Source: Eledone cirrhosa (Eukaryota). Taken from it: a stretch of DNA of 64,000 bases. Position 1 is the stretch's first letter. Each line of letters opens with the position of its first letter. Under the pieces are notes generated by a model. It was not told the DNA's origin, did not search any database, and saw nothing but the letters and a program-made list of their open reading frames with translations. This document shows, in pieces, positions 55,306 through 64,000 of this stretch. The stretch covers positions 17,050,001-17,114,000 of the forward strand of contig OZ024759.1 in the NCBI GenBank assembly GCA_964016885.1. Direction: 5' to 3'. The position numbers and the translations under genes are program-made.

Positions 55306-55625
55306 TTACTTATTATAATTACTTTAAGTAATAACCTCTTCACAACAGCTCCCAATATTTTGCTATCTGTTTACTATAATATCATTTTGTTACTCTTGAT
55401 TTTCAATATGATGTCACTGACACTGTTCATAATATTGTATCTTAATGAATGTTCTAAAGACTATGAATGTAATTACTTGTTTAAACATTGTGTAAGCTCT
55501 GATGATTCCAGACAATTATCTGGAAGAAATTAAATACCTCTGTTCTATACATAGAGCACTCTGTTTTCCTTTGCTTTTTCTTCGGAATTACCTAACACAC
55601 ACATATATATACACATATACGTATG

Positions 55626-55697
<72 letters not shown>

Positions 55698-55732
55698 TAT
55701 AGCTATATATATATATATATATGTACATATAG

Positions 55733-55797
<65 letters not shown>

Positions 55798-55836
55798 CAT
55801 ATATATATACATATAGGTATATATATATATATATAG

Positions 55837-55867
<31 letters not shown>

Positions 55868-56280
55868 GGTATATATAGATATCATCATCATCATCATCAT
55901 CACCGTTTTACGTCCGTTCTTCCGCGCTAGCATGGGTTAGACGGGTTGTCCTGTTGTGGGCAGTGTCTGGTCGGCTGACCATGCCTTGCTCATACAGGAA
56001 CTGATTTGGCTTGATTTCTACAGCTGGATGCCCTTCCTAACACCAACCTCATTTACAGTGAGTGCTGGGTGCTTTTTCGTGGTGCCTACACGTCCACTTT
56101 ACAGTGTGGGCTGGGTGCTTATTTGCCGTGGCACCTCCACGACCACCTTGCAGTGGGGTGTGTGGGGGCATATTGTCTATATGCTTCAGCTTGTACCCAT
56201 GGGAGGTCGGGTACTCTGTATTACTGCGTGACGCCAGAGGTATATATATATATATAGATATAGGTATATATATAGGTATA

Positions 56281-56356
<76 letters not shown>

Positions 56357-56466
56357 CGTACATATATATATATATATATATATATAAGTATACATATACA
56401 TACATACGTATATGTATATATATATATCATCATCATCATCATTTTACGTCCGCTTTTCCCTGCTTA

Positions 56467-56512
<46 letters not shown>

Positions 56513-56772
56513 CATATATATATATTTATTAAAATAACAGATTAAAGTTTAAGAAAAGAATTGCTGAAAGCAGCAATTCTTTGCCTAAACTTTAATCTGT
56601 TATTTTAATAAATATTTGCTCTAGGCTTCTTATATATTTATCCTTATCAAGCCCTCTTTGGATTTTAGTCTTCGCATGTATTATTATTATTATTACTATA
56701 TATATGTGTGTGTATGTTTGGATCTAGCTGTCGAAACGGCTGGAGCTCAGCCGTTGGGGTCCTGACTCTTTT

Positions 56773-56840
<68 letters not shown>

Positions 56841-57074
56841 ATGAGTGAAGAATAACATGGTCAACAGTACAAAAAGGGTTTTATTTACAGTATTAACAAT
56901 TGTTCCATTGATTAGGATGTCTAAAGATTGCTAATCACTTGAAGTTGTGTCACTCAATCTTAAATACAGTGTATGCCTAATCAAATCATCGGAATAACTG
57001 ACAAAATTATACTCAATATTTGTATTTATACTACGGAGAATTCAAATAACAACATCGATAATAGAAATCGATAA

Positions 57075-57243
57075 AATAAAAATAAAAATAAAAATAAAAA
57101 TAAAAATAAAAATAAAAATAAAAATAAAAATAAAAATAAAAATAAAAATAAAAATAAAAATAAAAATAAAAATAAAAATAAAAATAAAAATAAAAATAAA
57201 AATAAAAATAAAAATAAAAATAAAAATAAAAATAAAAATAAAA
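57075..57243. repeat. (TAAAAA)n hexamer microsatellite
   Basis: About 28 perfect copies. Confidence 0.95.
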
Positions 57244-58437
57244 AGAAAAAATAGTAAAGAAGTTAGAATGAAGATGATAAAAAATCTATAAATGAAAAAA
57301 AATATATACATGAAAAAAATATATGAACATAATATGATTGTTGAAAATAGTGGTGGTGGTTAAAGTTATAGTGGTGTGTAAGTATAAAGATCTGATGAGG
57401 GTAGGAATATTATTAGTAGGAAAATAAATATTAAATATATACAGATATGTATTGGTTAAATCACAGATGGTTAGAGTAGGAAGAAAGAACATAACTGTTT
57501 CTACTTTTGGCACAAGGCCAGCAATTATCCCAGTGTATTACTGGTACTTTATTTTATCGACCCCGTAAGGATGAAAGGCAAAGTTAACCTTGGCAGGATT
57601 TGAACTTAGTCTGTAAAGGGACGTAACTGTGCTGCAAAGCATGGCGTCCGACCCTCTACCGATACTGCCAATCCACCGCCCTATAGAAGAAAGAATATAA
57701 TGATAAATAGCTTATAAGAGATAAATTAATAAATTAGAAGTGTATTTAAGATTGAGTGACACAACTTCAAGTGATTAGCAATCTTTAGACATCCTAATCA
57801 ATGAAACAATTGTTAATACTGTAAATAAAACCCTTTTTGTAGTTGACCATGTTATTCTTCACTCTTTCACTATTATTACTCCAAGATTAATCTGCATAGG
57901 AATTCCTCGGAACTCGCCACCTAACTAAGGAAACCTCTTGTTGAGTCAAACAACACCGTACGTTAAAACTATCCACAATACAGAGTACTCACAACTTCTA
58001 ACTGGATTACCTATAACGATAATTTGTTATCTCATATATATACATTTATATATATATACATCTATACACAGTAGGCATCTCTAACAAAACACACCCCCGT
58101 CCCACCACCCCCACCCCATCCACACCGCCCTTTCAATGTAAAGTTATGTTGGTGCCACAACATCCAGGCCGAAACAAATGAGATCGTGTAGGTGTCACGA
58201 CAAAAAACACACAGTCCACGCTGTAATGTGGCCGTGTAGGCAACACGGTAAAAACCTCCCAGCCCCACACTGTAAATGAGGTCGGTGTTAGGAAGGGCAT
58301 CCAGCTGTAGAAAACCCGCCAGACAGTCCTATGCGAGCAAGACAATCACTCTTGCCTCAAGTGGGAAAACCCCCGTCCAAACCCATGCAAGCGTGGAACA
58401 CGGACGTTAAATGTTGATGATGATGATGATGATGATG

Positions 58438-58476
<39 letters not shown>

Positions 58477-59066
58477 ATTATATTTATCATATATCGAGTA
58501 TAAACTCGAAATAGTCTTTTACAATTAAATAGCTCAAAGAAGGGAATATTTCCGAGCCGTGTAATACAAATGAATATCAATAATTGTTGCGAAACAAATT
58601 TAGAATTTGTCCGGGTATCACGGCCATTGCCAATATAGGTTTGTTATTTTTATTGATTTATTATTTTAAATCGAGACAGGCAAACCTTATTATTTTAAAT
58701 TTGTATTTTTCAAACTAGCTAACTTGGTCATTTGCAATTCGAACAGATGTATACTTGTATCAGTGTTCATCCCTCTCCTATATTAATTATATTTATATAT
58801 TTATATCTTTATATATTTATATATTTATATATTTATATTTATATATATATATTTATATTTATATATTTATATTTATATATTTATATATTTATATCTTGCT
58901 AAACAAATTCAGAAACGAAATATATATTTATACATATGGAAAGTTATATTTAAATTGTTGGGTTACAACTAGTAAATATTTATAACTGATATAAAAGCAC
59001 TCGACAAATATTTGGAGTATATTTACAATATTAAATAAATGGAAACTATATTTATAAAACCATATC

Positions 59067-59132
59067 TATTTCATCATATATATTTCAGGGATATCATATT
59101 AACAATATGCTATGCCTTCCTCAGACAAAATA
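59067..59132 (-). ncRNA. Family A hammerhead with G at the cleavage position (probably inactive)
   Basis: tattttgt CTGAGGA aggcatagcatatt..aatatgatatccct GAAA tatata TG|atgaaata. H17 is G (59075), where the other copies have A. Confidence 0.6.
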
Positions 59133-59233
59133 CAATATAAACAGTTTTATAGATAAATAGATTCGACATACCGTAACAACATCGACTTGCATTTGAAAAG
59201 GTTGATTTGTATATATTTATACATATATATATA

Positions 59234-60042
59234 TTACTCTCCGATGATGTTTACATACAAGAGCTTCAACTGACTGACCAAACAGTTGATGTCCATTAGT
59301 ACAAGGCCACCGAAAATAACTACAAGAATACTGATACCGACATAGCCCATACTTTGAGAACTCGGCCGGTTGTCTTCAGCACTGGTCTTGCGTCTGATGG
59401 TTGCACTAAGATTTTTTTTCGGTATAGTTATATATTCAGAAACTGCAATCATTTTAAGTTGAAATGCTTTCTGATCCAGGCTGGTTACTGACGGAGGCAA
59501 TGAGCATTTGCAGGGACAAAGGGTCTCATTATTATCACTATTAAAACTATTACTACTACTACTACTACTATAGTGACCACCACCACTACTACTACTACTA
59601 CTATACTGACCACCACCACTACTACTACTACTGTTAAACTCAGGAGTGTTGGCTGTTGTGGTAACAGAAGGAGGGTATGTTTTAAGTGACGTTTGGAAAC
59701 TGGACAAGCTTTCTTTTGATGTTTCAGTTAAAGTTGCTGTTGACTGGAACAATCCTGTAGTGAATAGGTTTGATGTAGATTGTGTTAATAAGTTGAATGG
59801 GGACGTCGATTCGATCCCTGATGTAACATGCGATGAGACGCTGCTGGACATGGAATATGAAGGGCCTGTGTTGGATCCAGAGTTCGAGATGTAGTATGAT
59901 GTTAATAAATTGAATGGGGACGTCGATTCGATCCCTGATGTAACATGCGATGAGATGCTGCGGGACATGGAATATGAAGCGCCTGTGTTGGATCCAGAGT
60001 TCGAGATGCTAGACGAAGGGGTCTGTCTAGTGGTATTGCTTT
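59234..60042 (-). CDS. Terminal coding exon of uncharacterised Ser/Thr-rich (mucin-like stalk) single-pass membrane protein
   Basis: Pyrimidine tract + taatag| acceptor at 60043-44, then an open frame of ~270 aa to TAA. S/T-rich with an internal 39-aa duplication, then CPCKC, a basic LSATIRRKTSAEDNRPSS segment and a hydrophobic MGYVGISILVVIFGGLVLM TM helix. Confidence 0.85.
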
Positions 60043-60173
60043 CTATTAAAATCATAAAAAGAAAAGAAAAAATAAATTTCTGAGTAAAAGTTATTTCTAA
60101 TTAAGGTGCAAGGTCAGCAATCTTCACACACTCTAGGGAGTCAATACATCGACCCCTGTTCTTGGTGATTTAA

Positions 60174-60394
60174 CCCTTTAGCATTTAAACTAGCCATATC
60201 CGGCCAGAAATCTCTCATCTCTTTCCGTTCAAACTGGCCATAACCAGCCACTCATGGAGAAATTAAGGTATTTTTCTCGAAATAAATAATATCAAAACCT
60301 CATAGATTCGATATTATGTGAGATAATTGTATAAAGTTAAGCCTTTACCGTAAAAATACAATAGTAAATATAGAGTAATGCAAATGCTAAAGGG
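60174..60394. mobile_element. piggyBac-type MITE (TTAA TSD, CCCTTTAGCATT termini)
   Basis: TTAA|ccctttagcattt ... aaatgctaaaggg|TTAA. Further copies at 5385-5603, 9259-9843 (two, tandem, opposite orientation to the others), 10998-11209 and 20149-20356. Confidence 0.85.
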
Positions 60395-60619
60395 TTAAGG
60401 TCAAAACAAATCTAAAGCTATTTAAAATGTCAGTAGACACATCATGCCTGGCTGAGAGTTGTGACATTCAGTGCTAGATTTACCGATACTAAGGAACTGA
60501 AAGCATATCTTTCAGTTTCTTAGAGGATTAATAACACACTCTGGATCTGAACATATCAATGAATTAACAAGATAAAATCTATTCCAACATTATGTTTTCC
60601 TGTTTTTTCTGTTCAAGTT

Positions 60620-60676
60620 CTGTCTGATGAGGTCATAGCTGTTGAATAATGGCTATCACCGAAATATATATAGCAG
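60620..60676 (+). ncRNA. Type I hammerhead ribozyme (separate family), canonical core
   Basis: ctgt CTGATGA ggtcatagctgtt gaat aatggctatcacc GAAA tatata TA|gcag. Stem II has 12/13 bp with a G-C closing pair, and stem III is palindromic. Confidence 0.75.
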
Positions 60677-61395
60677 CGAATATGAATAAACGAAGTTAAT
60701 TTTAATCTGTTGACTTACACTTTTTGTTTATATATATATATATATACACTTATATCAGACAGGCTGAAGTATATATCCAGTGAAGCCTCCATCCCACACT
60801 GTAAAGTGGTCATGATGGTGACATGGCAAAAAGCACCCAGTTCTCACTGTAAATGAGGTTGGCATCAAGAAGGACATCCAGCTGTAGAAACCAAGCCAAA
60901 ATCAGTTTTGCATGAACAAGAGATGGTCACTTGATCTGGCATTGCCCACAATAGGACAACTTGTCTAACCCATGCTAGCGTGGAAAAATGGACGTAAAAT
61001 GGTGATGATGATGATGATGATGGTATTATCATCATCATCATCACCACCTTTTACGTCCATTTTTCATGTTTGCATAGGTTAGATGAGTTACCCATGTCAT
61101 GAGACAAGTCTGGCCAGCTTCCCGCACTGTACCTTGCTCAGACAAAACTGAATTTTGGCTGGGATTTTTACAGCTGGATGCCCTTCCTTACACCAACCAC
61201 ATTTACAGCAAGGTCTTACTATGAAGGAGGTCTGACCATTTGGCCGTGCCATACTCTACTCACATTAGAATAATAGTTTGGGAGCTGGGTGGTCCTATTA
61301 TGAAGGAGATCTGGCCAGTTGGCCACACCAAGCCTAACTCATAGTGGAGCCCCAGGTGGCACCATTATATATACATATATATAAATATAACTTAC

Positions 61396-61467
61396 GTGTA
61401 CTGCAGTTGTCAGTATAGAGTGAGATGGTAGTACCAATATATTTGTGAAACACTTGGTAGTAAAAAA
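61396..61467 (-). CDS. Penultimate exon of the same membrane-protein gene
   Basis: ctttctttcttttcacccag|72 nt|gtaagt. Phase 1-1 and open (FYYQVFHKYIGTTISLYTDNCST). Joins the 60042 exon in frame as ...CSTQSNTTRQ. Confidence 0.7.
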
Positions 61468-61496
61468 CTGGGTGAAAAGAAAGAAAGTACACTTAT

Positions 61497-61567
<71 letters not shown>

Positions 61568-61831
61568 GTGTCTGATGGTAGCTAAGATGCTTCCATAGGC
61601 GGTATGCCAGTTGAGTACTCTATGCTCTTACAGAGCAGAGTATGATAGAATAGAAAACGAAAAATCAGTGATGCATCTGAACTCAATTTATTGTGTGTTA
61701 CAATTGTAACACACAATTGTAACACACAATAAATTGAGTTCAGATGCATCACTGATTTTTCGTTTTCTATTCTATATATTATATATATCAAAAGTATTAA
61801 TAAGTGGAAACTATCTTTATAAAACCATATT

Positions 61832-61893
61832 TATTTTATTATATATATTTCAAGGGTACCAACATTTTTGATATGCACTCATCAGATAAAATA
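61832..61893 (-). ncRNA. Family A-related hammerhead, left arm of fold-back
   Basis: tattttat CTGATGA gtgcatatcaa..ttggtaccctt GAAA tatata TA|ataaaata. Perfect 8-bp stem I, weak base of stem II. Confidence 0.6.
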
Positions 61894-62026
61894 TAAAAGT
61901 TGTTTTACAGATAGTGACATACTCAAAACAAGAACTTATCGTTTTAAGTTCTGTTTGAATAGTCAAACAGAACTTAAAATGATAAGTTCTTGTTTGAATA
62001 TGTCACTATCTGTAAAACAACTTTTA

Positions 62027-62088
62027 TATTTTATCTGATGAGTGCGTATCAAAAATGTTGGTACTCTTGAAATATATATAATAAAATA
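62027..62088 (+). ncRNA. Family A-related hammerhead, right arm of fold-back
   Basis: CTGATGA at 62035-41 and GAAA at 62069-72, then tatata TA|ataaaata pairing with the upstream tattttat. Confidence 0.6.
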
Positions 62089-62223
62089 AATATGGTTTTA
62101 TAAAGATAGTTTCCATTTATTAATACTTTTGATATTATACTTCAGAAGAAATACTGTAGAGTGCTTCTAAACTGTTATAAACTAATTTTGTTGAATAACC
62201 AACAAATTAAATAACTCATTGCT

Positions 62224-62271
<48 letters not shown>

Positions 62272-62362
62272 ATATATATATATATTATATATATTATATA
62301 TATATATATATATAATATATATATATTATATATATATATATATATATACATTATATATACAT

Positions 62363-62393
<31 letters not shown>

Positions 62394-62493
62394 TATATAT
62401 ATATATTATATATACATTATATATACATATTATATATATATTATATATATACATTATATATACATATTATATATATATCATATATACATATTC

Positions 62494-64000
62494 ATCATCA
62501 TCATCATTGTTTAACGTCTATCTTCCACGCTAGCATGGGTATAGATGGGAATTGTCCGACGTGAGGCAAGATTGGTTGTCTTGCTCGTATAGGACTGTCT
62601 GGCGGGTTTTCTACGGCTGGATGCCCTTCCCAACACCAACCACGTTTACAGTGTAGTTTTTAGCATGTTACCTACATGGCCACATTACAGCGTGGACTGT
62701 GTGTTTTTTTTTCATCACACCTACACAACCTCATTTATTTAGGACTGGATGTTGTGGTACCAACATAACTTTACAGAGAAAGGGGTGGTGTAGATGGGGG
62801 TGAGGGTAGGGGTAGTGGGATGTGGGTGTATTTTTGGTTAAGAGGTGCCTACTGACTGTAGGTTTCGCTTTGTACTTAGGCAAGGTGGGTCTTCTGTATT
62901 ACTGCGTAGCGCCAAAGGTCCAGTGACATTGTCTTGGAGAGGTGTAAGTGTGTAAGGTCGGAATTTATCAAATCGTCCCAGGTTTTTCTGGATCTGCCTA
63001 CTCTGTAGCTTCCATCTATTTTGGTCGCCCTGCACTTTTTTATACAGCTGTCGTCTTTCATGCGTATTACGTGACCATACCAACGTAGTCTTCTCTCGAG
63101 TAAACAGCATCTGATCCCTCTTATTCCTAATTTCTCACTTAGTTCATTTATGCTTTGCCGTTCACGCATATTACTATTACACATCCAACGGAACATGCAA
63201 GCTTCGTTCCTCTCCAGTCTGCGCAGATCCTCTGCACACAATGCCCATGTCTCACTGCCATGTAACATTGCTGTTCGTATGCAAGCATCATACAGTCTGC
63301 CTTTCATTTTTAGAGAGAAACCTTTAGCAGCCAATAATGGTATAAGCTCTCTGAACGTTTTCCATCCCGTTCTGACTCTAGCTACTGTACTTTCAGAGCA
63401 CCCTCCACCACTGCTGATTTTGTCACCCAGGTAACGGAAGGTGTCCACTATTTCTATAGAACCATCTGGGCAATGGAAGGAGCTAGTATTCTGTGGGCAC
63501 TTGCTACTACTTATTGCACCTGAGCACCGGAGCACCGGTCACATATAAAATCTATGTTCTTAGTTAGCTTACCTGTGATCCCACTACATCTTTTATGCAC
63601 CCATACTTTGCATTTGGGACATAAAATGGAGTTTCTGCCTACTCCTTTACTACACACTGAGCATGACCATTTCCCAGAGGGGACCAGTGCCCCATTTTCC
63701 TTCCTACATACTAGAACTTTAGTCTTAGACAAGTTAATTTTAAGGCCTTTTGATTCTCGACCATGCTTCCATGTTTGGAATTTCTTCTCTATTTCAGCCA
63801 TTGATTCAGCTATGAGCATTAGATCATCTGCGTATAGAAGTTCCTATGTGCAGCCGGTCTTGAACTCCTCTGTTATAGCCTGGAGGGCAATAATAAATAG
63901 GAGGGGGTTAAGGACAGAGCCCTGATGAACACCAACTTTTATGCTAAATTCTTCACTATATTTGTTGTTAATTCTAACCTTGGTGACTGTTTCTTTATAC
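62494..64000 (-). mobile_element. RTE-type LINE, inactivated copy
   Basis: RT motifs GVHQGSVLNPLLF and LLYADDL. In-frame TAG near 63844 and an 8-bp duplication (gagcaccg) causing a frameshift at ~63522-63537. Same family as 43269-44525. Confidence 0.9.

Larger units (their letters stand above)
61786..62215. mobile_element. Fold-back HHR-bearing element, diverged subfamily
   Basis: Inverted arms at 61786-61958 and 61963-62134 with a 4-nt loop. Tail is related to family A. Flanked by (TA)n. Confidence 0.65.

Noticed and set aside
55588-56532. YI/IY-rich ORFs here and elsewhere
   Set aside because: Translations of (TA)n, (CA)n and (GA)n microsatellites.

Overview
This is eukaryotic, AT-rich, repeat-dense DNA. 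The SINE/RTE families and microsatellite load look like an octopod (coleoid cephalopod) genome, but that is an inference from repeat style only. Two spliced genes lie on the minus strand. The first is the 5' end of WDR1/AIP1 (actin-interacting protein 1): coding exons 1-4 at 27868-27883, 5214-5335, 2704-2794 and 995-1142, with a ~22.5 kb first intron. The second is the last two exons of an uncharacterised Ser/Thr-rich single-pass membrane protein (61396-61467, 59234-60042). The rest is tRNA-derived SINEs, RTE-type LINE fragments, piggyBac-, Merlin-, Tc1- and Helitron-type non-autonomous elements, and large mini/microsatellites. The most unusual signal is a dispersed set of type I hammerhead ribozyme (HHR) motifs: CTGANGA - stem II - GAAA - palindromic stem III - UH. 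They sit in short non-coding elements resembling Penelope-like-element pseudo-LTRs or retrozymes. Three elements are head-to-head fold-backs with an HHR on each strand. One intact core is sense within WDR1 intron 1, and a copy just downstream of the second gene's stop codon has a non-cleavable G at the cleavage site. Most long ORFs in the supplied track are satellite artefacts.
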